The notes under the pieces are model-generated. The model was not told where the DNA came from. It saw only the letters and a program-made list of their open reading frames with translations, and did no database searches. DNA of 64,000 nt from Mobula hypostoma (Eukaryota): assembly GCF_963921235.1 (NCBI RefSeq), contig NC_086108.1:2728001-2792000 (forward strand). The letters are read 5' to 3'. Position numbers and translations under genes: made by a program. This document shows, piece by piece, positions 1-15,000 of the stretch; position 1 is the first letter of the stretch; every line of letters starts with the position of its first letter.

Positions 1-3000
1 CTCAGTCTCTCCCCCCACTCTCTCAATCTCCCTCCCCCCAATCTCTCGCTCCCCCCTCTCAATCTCCCTCTCCCCACCCTCTCAATCTCTCCCTCCCCCC
101 ACTCTCTCCATCTCCCTCCCCTCTCAATCTCTCCCTCCCCCCACTCTCTCCATCTCCCTCCCCCCACTCTCTCAAACTCCCTCCCCCCCCTCTTAAACTC
201 TCCCCCTACTCTCTCAATCACCCTCCCCCTACTCTCTCAATCACCCTCCCCCGCACTCACTCAATCACCTCCCCCGCATTCACTCAATCTCTCCCTCCCC
301 CCCACTCTCTCAATCTCCCTCCCCCCACTCTCTCAATCTCTCCCTCCCCCCACTCTCTCAATCTCTCCCTCACCCCCCACTCTCTCAATATCTCCCCCCC
401 ACTCTCTCAATCTCTCCCTCCCCCACTCTCTCAATCTCTCCCTCCCCCGACTCTCTCAATCTCTCCCTCCCCCCACTCTCTCAATCTCCCTCTCCCCCCA
501 CTCTCTCAATCTCCCTCCCCCCCACTCCCTCAATCTCTCCCCCCCACTCTCTCAATCTCCCTCTCCCCCCACTCTCTCAATCTCCCTCCCCCCCACTCCC
601 TCAATCTCTCCCCCCCACTCTCTCAATCTCTACCCCCCCCACTCTCTCAATCTCTCCCCCCCATTCTCTCAATCTCTCCCCCCACTCTCTCAATCTCCCT
701 CCCCCCCCACTCCCTCAATCTCTCCCACCCACTCTCTCAATCTCCCTCTCCCACCACTCTCTCAATCTCCCTCCCCCCCACTCCCTCAATCACTCCCCCC
801 CACTCTCTCAATCTCTACCCCCCCACTCTCTCAATCTCTCCCCCCCATTCTCTCAATCTCTCCCCCCCACTCTCTCAATCTTCATCCCCCCACTCTCTCA
901 ATCTCCGTCCCCCCACTCTCTCAATCTCTCCCTCCCCCACTCTCTCAATCTCCCTCCCCCCACTCTCTCAATCTCCCTCCCCCACTATCTCAATCTCTCC
1001 CTCCCCCCAAATCTCTTCCTCCCCCTCAATCTCTCCCTCCCCCGACTCTCTCAATCTCCCTCCCCTCAATCGCTTCCTCACCCCCACTCTCTCAATCTCT
1101 CCCCCCACTCTCTCAATCTCCCTCCCCCCCACTCTCTCAATCTCCCTCCCCCCACTCTCTCAATCTCTCCCTCCGCCCACTCTCTCAATCTCTCCCTCCC
1201 CCCACTCTCTCAATCTCCCTCCCCCCACTCTCTCAATCTGTCCCTCCCCCCACTCTCTCAATCTGTCCCTCCCCCCACTCTCTCAATCTGTCCCTCCCCC
1301 CAACTCTCTCAATCTCTCCCTCCCCCCACTCTCTCAGTCTCTCCCCCCACTCTCTCAATCTCCCTCCCCCACAAACTCTCGCTCCTCCCCCTCAATCTCA
1401 CTCCCCCCACCCTCTCAATCTCTCCCTCCCCCCACTCTCTCAATCTCCCACCCCCCCACTCTCTCAATCTCCCCCCAACTCTCTCAATCTGTCCTTCCCC
1501 CCCACTCTCTCAATCTCTCCCTCCCCCCACTCTCTCAATCTCTCCCGCCCCCCCACTCTCTCAATCTCTCCCTCCCCCCAGTCTCTCAATCTCCCTCCCC
1601 CCACTCTCTCAATCTCTCTCCCCCCACTCTCTCAATCTCTCCCTCCCCCCGACTCTCTCAATCTCTCCCTCCCCCCACTGTCTCAATCTCCCCCCCACTC
1701 TCTCAATCACTCCCTCCCCCCACTCTCTCAATCTCTCCCTCCCACTCTCTCAATCTCTCCCTCCCCCCACTCTCTCAATGTCTCCCCCCCACTCTCTCAA
1801 TCTCTCCCTCCCCCCGACTCTCTCAATCTCTCCCTCCCACCACTCTCTCAATCTCCCTCTCCCCCCACTCTCTCAATCTCCCTCCCCCCACTCTCTCAAT
1901 CTCTCCCTACCCCCGACTCTCTCAATCTCTCCATCCCACCACTCTCTCAATCTCCCTCCCCCCACTCTCTCAAACTCTCCCTCCCCCCACTCTCTCAATC
2001 TCTGCCTCCCCCCCACTCTCTCAATCTCTCCCTCCCACCACTCTCTCAATCTCCCTCCCCCCACTCTCTCAAACTCTCCCTCCCCCCACTCTCTCAATCT
2101 CTGCCTCCCCCCACTCTCTCAATCTCTCCCTCCCCCCACTCTCTCAATCACCCCCTCCCCCCCACTCTCTCAATCTCTCTCCCCCCACTCTCTCAATCTC
2201 TCCCTCCCCCCACTCTCTCAATCACCCCCTCCCCCCCACTCTCTCAATCTCCCCCCCACTCTCTCAATCTCCCTCGCCCCCACTCTCTCAATCTCCCTCC
2301 CCCCAACTCTCTCAATCACTCCCTCCCCCCCACTCTCTCAATCTCTCCCTCCCCCCACTCTCTCAATCTCCCTCGCCCCCACTCTCTCAATCTCCCTCGC
2401 CCCCACTCTCTCAATCTCTCTCCCCCCCACTCTCTCAATGTCTCCCTCCCCCATACTCTCTCAATCTCCCCCCCCACTCTCTCAATCATCCCCTCCCCCC
2501 ACTCTCTCAATCTCCCTCCCCCCATTCTCTCAATCTCTCCCTCCCCCCCACTCTCTCAATCTCTCACTCCCCCACACTTTCTCAATCTCCCTCCCCCCCA
2601 CTCTCTCAATCTCTCCCTCCCCCCACTCTCTCAATCTCTCCCTCCCCCCACTCTCTCAATCTCTCCCTCCCCCACACTTTCTCAATCTCCCTCCCCCACA
2701 CTTTCTCAATCTCCCTCCCCCCAACTCTCTCAATCACTCCCTCCCCCCACTCTGTCAATCTCTCCCCCCCCCTCTGTCAATCTCTCTCTCCCCCCGCACT
2801 CTCTCAATCTCTCCCTCCCCTAACTCTCTCAATCTCTCCCTCCCTCCCACTCTCTCAATCTCCCTCCCCCCCACTCTCTCAATCTCCCTCCCCCCCCCAT
2901 TCTCTCAATCTCCCTCCCCCCCCCACTCTCTCAATCTCCCTCCCCCCACTCTCTCAATCTCTCCCTCCCCCACACTTTCTAAATCTCCCTCCCCCACACT

Positions 3001-6000
3001 TTCTCAATCTCCCTCCCCCCCCACTCTCTCAATCTCTCCCTCCCCCCCACTCTCTCAATCTCTCCCTCCCCCCCACTCTCTCAATCTCTCCCTCCCCCCA
3101 CTCTCTCAATCTCTCCCTCCCCCACACTTTCTCAATCTCCCTCCCCCACACTTTCTCAATCTCCCTCCCCCCAACTCTCTCAATCACTCCCTCCCCCCAC
3201 TCTGTCAATCTCTCTCTCCCCCCCCACTCTGTCAATCTCTCTCTCCCCCCGCACTCTCTCAATCTCTCCCTCCCCTAACTCTCTCAATCTCTCCCTCCCT
3301 CCCACTCTCTCAATCTCCCTCCCCCCCACTCTCTCAATCTCCCTCCCCCCCCACTCTCTCAATCTCCCTCCCCCCCACTCTCTCAATCTCTCTCCCCCCA
3401 CTCTCTCAATCTCCCTCCCCCCACTCTCTCAATCTCTCCCTCCCCCACACTTTCTCAATCTCCCTCCCCCACACTTTCTCAATCTCCCTCCCCCCCACTC
3501 TCTCAATCTCTCCCTCCCCCCCACTCTCTTAATCTCTCCCTCGCCCCACTCTCTCAATCTCTCCCTCGCCCCACTCTCTCAATCTCCCTCCCCCCAACTC
3601 TCTCAATCACTCCCTCCCCCCACTCTGTCAATCTCTCTCTCCCCCCGCACTCTCTCGATCTCTCCCCCCCACTCTGTCAATCTCTCTCTACCCCCGCACT
3701 CTCTCAATCTCTCTCCCCCCCACTCTCTCAATCTCTCTCTCCCCCCCACTTTCTCAATCTCTCTCCCCCCCACTTTGTCAATCTCCCTCCCCCCCCACTT
3801 TGAAATCTCCCTCCCCCCACTCTCTCAATCTCTCCCTCCCCTAACTCTCTCAATCTCTCTCCCCCCCACTCTCTCAATCTCTCTCTCCCCCCCACTTTCT
3901 CAATCTCTCTCCCCCCCACTTTGTCAATCTCCCTCCCCCCCACTTTGCAATCTCCCTCCCCCCACTCTCTCAATCTCTCCCTCCCCTAACTCTCTCAATC
4001 TCTCCCTCCCTCCCACTCTCTCAATCTCCCTCCCCCACACTTTCTCAATCTCCCTCCCCCCCACTCTCTCAATCTCTCCCTCCCCCCCACTCTCTCAATC
4101 TCTCCCTCGCCCCACTCTCTCAATCTCCCTCCCCCCAACTCTCTCAATCACTCCCTCCCCCCACTCTGTCAATCTCTCCCCCCCCACTCTGTCAATCTCT
4201 CTCTCCCCCCGCAGTCTCTCAATCTCTCCCCCCCCACTCTGTCAATCTCTCTCTCCCCCCGCACTCTCTCAATCTCTCTCCCCCCCACTCTCTCAATCTC
4301 TCTCTCCCCCCCACTCTCTCAATCTCCCTCCCCCCACTCTCTCAATCTCCCCCCCACTCTCTCAATCTCTCCCTCCCCCCCACTCTCTCAATCTCTCCCA
4401 CCCCCCACTCAATCTCCCTCCCCCCCACTCTCTCAATCTCCCTCCCCCCACTCTCTCAATCTCTCCCTCCCCCCCACTCTCTCAATCTCCCTCCCCCACT
4501 CTCTCAATCTCCCTCCCCCCACTCTCTCAATCTCCCTCCCCCCCAATCTCTCAATCTCTCTCCCCCCACTCTCTCAATCTCCCTCCCCCCACTCTCTCAA
4601 TCTCTCCATCCCCCCCACTCTCTCAATCTCTCCCTCCCCCACTCTTTCTCAATCTCCCTCCCCCCCACTCTCTCAATCTCTCCCTCCCCCTCACTCTCTC
4701 AATCTCTCCCTCCCCCACTCTTTCTCAATCTCCCTCCCCACAACTCTCTCAATCACTCCCTCCCCCAACTCTGTCAATCTCTCCCCCCCCACTCTGTCAA
4801 TCTCTCTCTCCCCCCGCACTCTCTCAATCTCTCTCCCCCCCACTCTCTCAATCTCTCTCCCCCCCACTCTCTCAATCTCTTTCCCCCCTCACTCTCTCAA
4901 TCTCTCCCTCCCCCCGCACTCTCTCAATCTCTCTCTCCCCCCCACTCTCTCAATCTCCCTCCCCCCCACTCACTCAATCTCTCCCTCCCCCCTGCTCTCT
5001 GAATCTCTCCCTCCCCCCACTATCTCAATTTCCCTCCCCCCAACTCTCTCAATCACTCCCTCCCCCCACTCTGTCAATCTCTCTCCCCCCACTCTGTCAA
5101 TCTCTCTCTACCCCCGCACTCTCTCAATCTCTCCCTCCCCTAACTCTCTCAATCTCTCCCTCCCTCCCACTCTCTCAATCTCCCTCCCCCCCACTCTCTC
5201 AATCTCCCTCCCCCCCACTCTCTCAATCTCCCTCCCCCCCACTCTCTCAATCTCTCTCCCCCCACTCTCTCAATCTCCCTCCCCCCACTCTCTCAATCTC
5301 TCCCTCCCCCACACTTTCTCAATCTCCCTCCCCCACACTTTCTCAATCTCCCTCCCCCCCACTCTCTCAATCTCTCCCTCCCCCCCACTCTCTCAATCTC
5401 TCCCTCGCCCCACTCTCTCAATCTCCCTCCCCCCAACTCTCTCAATCACTCCCTCCCCCCACTCTGTCAATCTCTCCCCCCACTCTGTCAATCTCTCTCT
5501 CCCCCCGCACTCTCTCGATCTCTCCCCCCCACTCTGTCAATCTCTCTCTCCCCCCGCACTCTCTCAATCTCTCTCCCCCCCACTCTCTCAATCTCTCTCT
5601 CCCCCCCACTTTCTCAATCTCTCTCCCCCCCACTTTGTCAATCTCCCTCCCCCCCACTTTGCAATCTCCCTCCCCCCACTCTCTCAATCTCTCCCTCCCC
5701 TAACTCTCTCAATCTCTCCCTCCCTCCCCCTCTCTCAATCTCCCTCCCCCCACTCTCTCAATCTCTCCCTCCCCCACACTTTCTCAATCTCCCTCCCCCA
5801 CACTTTCTCAATCTCCCTCCCCTCCACTCTCTCAATCTCTCCCTCCCCTCCACTCTCTCAATCTCTCCCTCGCCCCACTCTCTCAATCTCCCTCCCCCCA
5901 ACTCTCTCAATCACTCCCTCCCCCCACTCTGTCAATCTCTCCCCCCCACTCTGTCAATCTCTCTCTCCCCCCGCACTCTCTCAATCTCTCCCCCCCCACT

Positions 6001-9000
6001 CTGTCAATCTCTCTCTCCCCCCGCACTCTCTCAATCTCTCTCCCCCCCACTCTCTCAATCTCTCTCTCCCCCCCACTCTCTCAATCTCCCTCCCCCCACT
6101 CTCTCAATCTCCCCCCCACTCTCTCAATCTCCCCCCCACTCTCTCAATCTCTCCCTCCCCCCCACTGTCTCAATCTCTCGCCCCGTCACTCTCTCAATCT
6201 CTCCCACCCCCCACTCTCTCAATCTCTCCCACCCCCCACTCTCTCAATCTCTCTCCCCCCCACTCTCTCAATCTTCCCCCCCACTCTCTCAATCTCCCTC
6301 CCCCCACTCTCTCAATCTCCCTCCCCCCACTTTCTCAATCTCCCTCCCCCCACTCAATCTCCCTACCCCCTACTCTCTCAATCTCTCTCTCCCCCCCACT
6401 TTCTCAATCTCTCTCCCCCGCCACTTTGCAATCTCCCTCCCCCCACTCTCCCAATCTCTCCCTCCCCCTACTCTCAATCTCTCCCTCCCCCCACTCTCTC
6501 AATCTCTCCCTCCCCCCCACTCTCTCAATCTCTCCCTCGCCCCACTCTCTCAATCTCTCCCCCCACTCTCTCAATCTCCCCCCCTCCACTCTCTCAATCT
6601 CTCCCTCCCCCCACTATCTCAATCTCCCTCCCCCCAACTCTCTCAATCACTCCCTCCCCCCACTCTGTCAATCTCTCCCCCCCCCCACTCTGTCGATCAC
6701 TCTCTCCCCCCGCACTCTCTCAATCTCTCCCTCCCCCCGCACTCTCTCAATCTCTCCCTCCCCCCGCACTCTCTCAATCTCTCCCTCACCCCACTCACTC
6801 AATCTCTCCCCCACTCTCTCAATCTCCCCCCACTCTCTCAATCTCTCCCTCCCCCCACTCTCTCAATCTCTCGCCCCGTCACTCTCTCAATCTCTCCCAC
6901 CCCCACTCTCTCAATCTCTCTCCCCCCACTCTCTCAATCTCTCTCCCCCCACTCTCTCAATCTCTCTCCCCCCACTCTCTCAATCTCTCTCCCCACTCTC
7001 TCAATCTCTCCCTCCCCCCTCTCTCTCAATCTCCCACCCCCCCACTCTCTCAATCTCCCCCCCACTCTCTCAATCTCTCCCTCCCCCCACTCTCTCAATC
7101 TCTCCCTCCCCCCACTCTCTCAATCTCTCCCTCCCCCCACTCTCTCAATCTGTCCCTCCCCCCACTCACTCAATCTCTCCCTCGCCCCACTCTCTCAATC
7201 TCTACCCCCACTCTCTCAATCTCCCCCCCACTCTCTCAATCTCCCTCCCCCCACTCTCTCAATCTCCCTCCCCCACTCTCTCAATCTCCCTCCCCCCACT
7301 TTCTCAATCTCCCTCCCCCCACTCAATCTCCCTCCCCCCCACTCTCTCAATCTCCATCCCCCCACTGTCTCAATCTCTCTCCCCCCCACTTTCTCAATCT
7401 CTCTCCCCCCACTTTGTCAATCTCCCTCCCCCGCCACTTTGCAATCTCCCTCCCCCCACTCTCCCAATCTCTCCCTCCCCCTACTCTCAATCTCTCCCTC
7501 CCCCCACTCTCTCAATCTCTCCCTCCCCTAACTCTCTCAATCTCTCCCTCCCCCCCACTCTCTCAATCTCCCTCCCCCCACTCTCTCAATCTCCCTCCCC
7601 CCACTCTCTCAATCTCCCTCCCCCCCAATCTCTCAATCTCTCTCCCCCCCACTCTCTCAATCTCCCTCCCCCCACTCTCTCAATCTCTCCATCCCCCACA
7701 CTCTCTCAATCTCTCCATCCCCCCCACTCTCTCAATCTCTCCCTCCCCCACTCTTTCTCAATCTCCCTCCCCCCCACTCTCTCAATCTCTCCCTCCCCCT
7801 CACTCTCTCAATCTCTCCCTCGCCCCACTCTCTCAATCTCCCTCCCCACAACTCTCTCAATCACTCCCTCCCCCAACTCTGTCAATCTCTCCCCCCCCCA
7901 CTCTGTCAATCTCTCTCTCCCCCCGCACTCTCTCAATCTCTCTCCCCCCCACTCTCTCAATCTCTCTCCCCCCCACTCTCTCAATCTCTTTCCCCCCCCA
8001 CTCTCTCAATCTCTTTCCCCCCTCACTCTCTCAATCTCTCCCTCCCCCCGCACTCTCTCAATCTCTCTCTCGCCCCACTCTCTCAATCTCTCCCTCCCCC
8101 CACTCTCTCAATCTCCCACCCCCCCACTCTCTCAATCTCTCTCCCCCCACTCTCTCAATCTCTCTCCCCACTCTCTCAATCTCCCTCCCCCCCCACTCTC
8201 TCAATCTCTCTCCCCCCACTCTCTCAATCTCCCTCCCCCCACTCTCTCAATCTCTCCCTCCCCCACACTTTCTCAATCTCCCTCCCCCACACTTTCTCAA
8301 TCTCCCTCCCCCCCACTCGCGCAATCTCTCCCTCCCCCCCACTCTCTCAATCTCTCCCTCGCCCCACTCTCTCAATCTCCCTCCCCCCAACTCTCTCAAT
8401 CACTCCCTCCCCCCACTCTGTCAATCTCTCCCCCCACTCTGTCAATCTCTCTCTCCCCCCGCACTCTCTCAATCTCTCTCCCCCCCACTCTCTCAATCTC
8501 TCTCTCCCCCCCACTTTCTCAATCTCTCTCCCCCCACTTTGTCAATCTCCCTCCCCCCACTTTGCAATCTCCCTCCCCCCACTCTCTCAATCTCTCCCTC
8601 CCCTAACTCTCTCAATCTCTCCCTCCCTCCCCCTCTCTCAATCTCCCTCCCCCCACTCTCTCAATCTCTCCCTCCCCCACACTTTCTCAATCTCCCTCCC
8701 CCACACTTTCTCAATCTCCCTCCCCCCCACTCTCTCAATCTCTCCCTCCCCCCCACTCTCTCAATCTCTCCCTCGCCCCACTCTCTCAATCTCCCTCCCC
8801 CCAACTCTCTCAATCACTCCCTCCCCCCACTCTGTCAATCTCTCCCCCCCACTCTGTCAATCTCTCTCTCCCCCCGCACTCTCTCAATCTCTCCCCCCCC
8901 ACTCTGTCAATCTCTCTCTCCCCCCGCACTCTCTCAATCTCTCTCCCCCCCACTCTCTCAATCTCTCTCTCCCCCCCACTCTCTCAATCTCCCTCCCCCC

Positions 9001-12000
9001 ACTCTCTCAATCTCCCCCCCACTCTCTCAATCTCCCCCCCACTCTCTCAATCTCTCCCTCCCCCCCACTGTCTCAATCTCTCGCCCCGTCACTCTCTCAA
9101 TCTCTCCCACCCCCCACTCTCTCAATCTCTCCCACCCCCCACTCTCTCAATCTCTCTCCCCCCACTCTCTCAATCTTCCCCCCCACTCTCTCAATCTCCC
9201 TCCCCCCACTCTCTCAATCTCCCTCCCCCCACTCTCTCAATCTCCCTCCCCCCACTTTCTCAATCTCCCTCCCCCCACTCAATCTCCCTACCCCCCACTC
9301 TCTCAATCTCCATCCCCCTACTCTCTCAATCTCTCTCTCCCCCCCACTTTCTCAATCTCTCTCCCCCGCCACTTTGCAATCTCCCTCCCCCCACTCTCCC
9401 AATCTCTCCCTCCCCCTACTCTCAATCTCTCCCTCCCCCCACTCTCTCAATCTCTCCCTCCCCTAACTCGCTCAATCTCTCCCTCCCCCCCACTCTCACA
9501 ATCTCCCTCCCCCCCACTTTCTCAATCTCCCTCCCCCCCACTCTCTCAATCTCTCCCTCCCCCCCACTCTCTCAATCTCTCCCTCGCCCCACTCTCTCAA
9601 TCTCTCCCCCCACTCTCTCAATCTCCCCCCCTCCACTCTCTCAATCTCTCCCTCCCCCCACTATCTCAATCTCCCTCCCCCCAACTCTCTCAATCACTCC
9701 CTCCCCCCACTCTGTCAATCTCTCCCCCCCCCACTCTGTCGATCACTCTCTCCCCCCGCACTCTCTCAATCTCTCCCTCCCCCCGCACTCTCTCAATCTC
9801 TCCCTCCCCCCGCACTCTCTCAATCTCTCCCTCACCCCACTCACTCAATCTCTCCCCCACTCTCTCAATCTCCCCCCACTCTCTCAATCTCTCCCTCCCC
9901 CCACTCTCTCAATCTCTCGCCCCGTCACTCTCTCAATCTCTCCCACCCCCACTCTCTCAATCTCTCTCCCCCCACTCTCTCAATCTCTCTCCCCCCACTC
10001 TCTCAATCTCTCTCCCCACTCTCTCAATCTCTCCCTCCCCCCTCTCTCTCAATCTCCCACCCCCCCACTCTCTCAATCTCCCCCCCACTCTCTCAATCTC
10101 TCCCTCCCCCCACTCTCTCAATCTCTCCCTCCCCCCACTCTCTCAATCTCTCCCTCCCCCCACTCTCTCAATCTGTCCCTCCCCCCACTCACTCAATCTC
10201 TCCCTCGCCCCACTCTCTCAATCTCTCCCCCCACTCTCTCAATCTCCCCCCCACTCTCTCAATCTCCCTCCCCCACTCTCTCAATCTCCCTCCCCCACTC
10301 TCTCAATCTCCCTCCCCCCACTTTCTCAATCTCCCTCCCCCCACTCAATCTCCCTCCCCCCCACTCTCTCAATCTCCATCCCCCCACTGTCTCAATCTCT
10401 CTCCCCCCCACTTTCTCAATCTCTCTCCCCCCACTTTGTCAATCTCCCTCCCCCGCCACTTTGCAATCTCCCTCCCCCCACTCTCCCAATCTCTCCCTCC
10501 CCCTACTCTCAATCTCTCCCTCCCCCCACTCTCTCAATCTCTCCCTCCCCTAACTCTCTCAATCTCTCCCTCCCCCCCACTCTCTCAATCTCCCTCCCCC
10601 CACTCTCTCAATCTCCCTCCCCCCACTCTCTCAATCTCCCTCCCCCCCAATCTCTCAATCTCTCTCCCCCCCACTCTCTCAATCTCCCTCCCCCCACTCT
10701 CTCAATCTCTCCATCCCCCACACTCTCTCAATCTCTCCATCCCCCCCACTCTCTCAATCTCTCTCCCCCCCACTCTCTCAATCTCTTTCCCCCCTCACTC
10801 TCTCAAACTCTCCCTCCCCCCGCACTCTCTCAATCTCTCTCTCGCCCCCACTCTCTCAATCTCCCTCACCCCACTCTCTCAATCTCTCTCCCCCCACTCT
10901 CTCAATCTCTCTCCCCACTCTCTCAATCTCTCCCTCCCCCCACTCTCTCAATCTCCCACCCCCCCACTCTCTCAATCTCCCCCCCACTCTCTCAATCTCT
11001 CCCTCCCCCCACTCACTCAATCTCTCCCTCCCCCCACTCTCTCAATCTGTCCCTCCCCCCACTCACTCAATCTCTCCCTCGCCCCACTCTCTCAATCTCT
11101 CCCCCCACTCTCTCAATCTCCCCCCCACTCTCTCAATCTCCCTCCCCCCACTCTCTCAATCTCCCTCCCCCACTCTCTCAATCTCCCTCCCCCCACTTTC
11201 TCAATCTCCCTCCCCCCACTCAATCTCCCTCCCCCCCACTCTCTCAATCTCCATCCCCCCACTGTCTCAATCTCTCTCCCCCCCACTTTCTCAATCTCTC
11301 TCCCCCCCACTTTGTCAATCTCCCTCCCCCGCCACTTTGCAATCTCCCTCCCCCCACTCTCCCAATCTCTCCCTCCCCCTACTCTCAATCTCTCCCTCCC
11401 CCCACTCTCTCAATCTCTCCCTCCCCTAACTCTCTCAATCTCTCCCTCCCCCCCACTCTCTCAATCTCCCTCCCCCCACTCTCTCAATCTCCCTCCCCCC
11501 CAATCTCTCAATCTCTCTCCCCCCCACTCTCTCAATCTCCCTCCCCCCACTCTCTCAATCTCTCCATCCCCCCCACTCTCTCAATCTCTCCCTCCCCCAC
11601 TCTTTCTCAATCTCCCTCCCCCCCCCACTCTCTCAATCTCTCCCTCCCCCTCACTCTCTCAATCTCTCCCTCGCCCCACTCTCTCAATCTCCCTCCCCAC
11701 AACTCTCTCAATCACTCCCTCCCCCAACTCTGTCAATCTCTCCCCCCCCCACTCTGTCAATCTCTCTCTCCCCCCGCACTCTCTCAATCTCTCTCCCCCC
11801 CACTCTCTCAATCTCTCTCCCCCCCACTCTCTCAATCTCTTTCCCCCCTCACTCTCTCAATCTCTCCCTCCCCCCGCACTCTCTCAATCTCTCTCTCCCC
11901 CCCACTCTCTCAATCTCCCTCCCCCCACTCACTCAATCTCTCCCTCCCCCCTGCTCTCTGAATCTCTCCCTCCCCCCACTCTCTCAATTTCCCTCCCCCC

Positions 12001-15000
12001 ACTCTCTCAATCTCCCCCCCCACTCTCTCAATCTCCCCCCCACTCACTCAATCTCTCCCTCCCCCCCACTCTCTCAATCTCTCGCCCCGTCACTCTCTCA
12101 ATCTCTCCCTCACCCCCACTCTCTCAATCTCTCTCCCCACTCGCTCAATCTCTGCCTCCCCCCACTCTCTCAATCTCCCCCCCACTCTCTCAATCTCTCC
12201 CTCCCCCCACTCTCTCAATCTCTCCCTCCACCCACTCTCTCAATCTGTCCCTCCCCCCACTCACTCAATCTCTCCCTCCCCACTTTCTCAATCTCCCTCC
12301 CCCCACTCAATCCCCCTCCCCCCCACTCTCTCAATCTCCCTCCCCCCACTCTCTCAATCTCCCTCCCCCCACTTTCTCAATCTCCCTCCCCCCACTCAAT
12401 CTCCCTCCCCCCACTCTCTCAATCTCTCTCCCCCCCCACTCTCTCAATCTCTCTCCCCCCCCACTTTCTCAATCTCTCTCCCCCCCACTTTGTCAATCTC
12501 CCTCCCCCCACTTTGCAATCTCCCTCCCCCCCACTCTCCAAATCTCTCCCTCCCCCTACTCTCAATCTCTCCCTCCCCCCACTCTCTCAATCTCTCCCTC
12601 CCCTAACTCTCTCAATCTCTCCCTCCCCCCCGCACTCTCTCAATCTCTCTCCCCCCCGCACTCTCTCAATCTCTCTCCCCCCCACTCTCTCAATCTCTTT
12701 CCCCCCTCACTCTCTCAATCTCTCCCTCCCCCCGCACTCTCTCAATCTCTCCCTCCCCCCTACTCTCTGAATCTCTCCCTCCCCCCACTCTCTCAATTTC
12801 CCTCCCCCCAGTCTCTCAATCTCCTCCCCACTCTCTCAATCTCTCTCCCCCCACTCTCTCAATCTCTCTCCCCCCACTCTGTCAATCTCCCCCCCCACTC
12901 TCTCAATCTCCCCCCCACTCTCTCAATCTCTCCCACCCCCCACTCTCTGAATCTCTCTCCCCCACTCTCTCAATCTCTCTCCCCCCACTCTCTCAAACTC
13001 CCTCCCCCCACTCTCTCAATCTCTCCCTCCCCCCACTCTCAATCTCTCCCCCCCACCCTCTCTCAATCTCCCCCCCGCTCTCTCAATCTCTCCCTCCCCC
13101 CACTCTCTCAATCTCTCCCTCCCCCCACTCAATCTCTCCCTCCCCCCACTCTCTCAATCTGTCCCTCCCCCCACTCTCTCAATCTCTCCCTACACCCCAC
13201 TCTCTCAATCTCTCCCTCCCCCCACTCTCTCAATCTCTCCCTCCCTCCCACTCTCTCAATCTCCCTCCCCCCCACTCTCTCAATCTCTCCCACCCACCCA
13301 CTCTCTCAATCTCCCCCCCACTCTCTCAATCTGTCCCTCCCCCCACTCACTCAATCTCTCCCTCGCCCCACTCTCTCAATCTCCCTCCCCCCACTCTCTC
13401 AATCTCCCTCCCCCCACTTTCTCAATCTCCCTCCCCCCACTCAATCTCCCTCCCCCCCACTCTCTCAATCTCCATCCCCCCACTCTCTCAATCTCTCTCT
13501 CCTCCCCACTTTCTCAATCTCTCTCCCCCCCACTTTGCAATCTCCCTCCCCCCACTCTCCCAATCTCTCCCTCCCCCCACTCTCTCAATCTCTCCCTCCC
13601 CCCACTCTCTCAATCTCCCTCCCCCCACTCTCTCAATCTCTCTCCCCCCCACTCTCTCAATCTCCCTCCCCCCACTCTCTCAATCTCTCCCTCCCCCCCA
13701 CTCTCTCAATCTCTCCCTCCCCACACTCTCTCAATCTCTCCCTCGCCCCCCACTCTCTCAATCTCTCTCCCCCCCACTCTCTCAATCTCTTTCCCCCTCA
13801 CTCTCTCAATCTCTCCCTCCCCCCGCACTCTCTCAATCTCTCTCTCCCCCCCCACTCTCTCAATCTCCCTCCCCCCTCTCACTCCATCTCTCCCTCCCCC
13901 CTACTCTCTGAATCTCTCCCTCCCCCCACTCTCTCAATTTCCCTCCCCCCACTCTCTCAATCTCCCTCCCCCACTCAATCTCCCTCCCCCCACTCTCTCA
14001 ATTTCCCTCCACCCCACTCTCTCAATCTCCCTCCCCCACTCAATCTCCCTCCCCCCTCTCTCAATTTCCCTCCCCCCACTCTCTCAATCTCCCCCGCACT
14101 CTCTCAATCTCCCCCCACTCTCTGAATCTCTCTCTCCCCCCCATTCTCTCAATCTCTCCCTTCCCCCACTCTCAATCTCTCCCTCCCCCCGCACTCTCTC
14201 AATCTCTCCCTCCACCCTACTCTCTGAATCTCTCCCTCCCCCCACTCTCTCAATTTCCCTCCCCCTAGTTTCTCAATCTCCCCCCCACTCTCTCAATCTC
14301 TCTCCCCCCAATCTCTCAATCTCTCTCCCCCCACTCTGTCAATCTCCCCCCCAACTCTCTCAATCTCCCCCCCACTCTCTCAATCTCTCCCACCCCCCAC
14401 TCTCTCAATCTCTCTCCCCCCACTCTCTCAATCTCTCTCCCCCCACTCTCTCAAACTCCCTCCCCCCACTCTCTCAATCTCTCCCTCCCCCCACTCTCAA
14501 TCTCTCCCCCCCACTCTCAATCTCTCCCCCCCCCCACTCTCTCTCAATCTCCCCCCCGCTCTCTCAATCTCTCCCTCCCCCCACTCTCTCAATCTCTCCC
14601 TCCCCCCACTCAATCTCTCCCTCCCCCCACTCTCTCAATCTGTCCCTCCCCCCACTCTCTCAATCTCTCCCTACACCCCACTCTCTCAATCTCTCCCTCC
14701 CCCCACTCTCTCAATCTCTCCCTCCCTCCCACTCTCTCAATCTCCCTCCCCCCCCACTCTCTCAATCTCTCCCACCCACCCACTCTCTCAATCTCCCTCC
14801 CCCCCACTCTCTCAATCTCTCCCACCCACCCACTCTCTCAATCTCCCTCGCCCCCACTCTCTCAATCTCTCCCACCCCCCACTCTCTCAATCTCTCTCCC
14901 CCCCCTCTCTCACTCTCTCTCCCCCCACTCTCTCAAACTCCCTCCCCCCACTCTCTCAATCTCTCCCTCCCCCCACTCTCAATCTCTCCCCCCCACTCTC

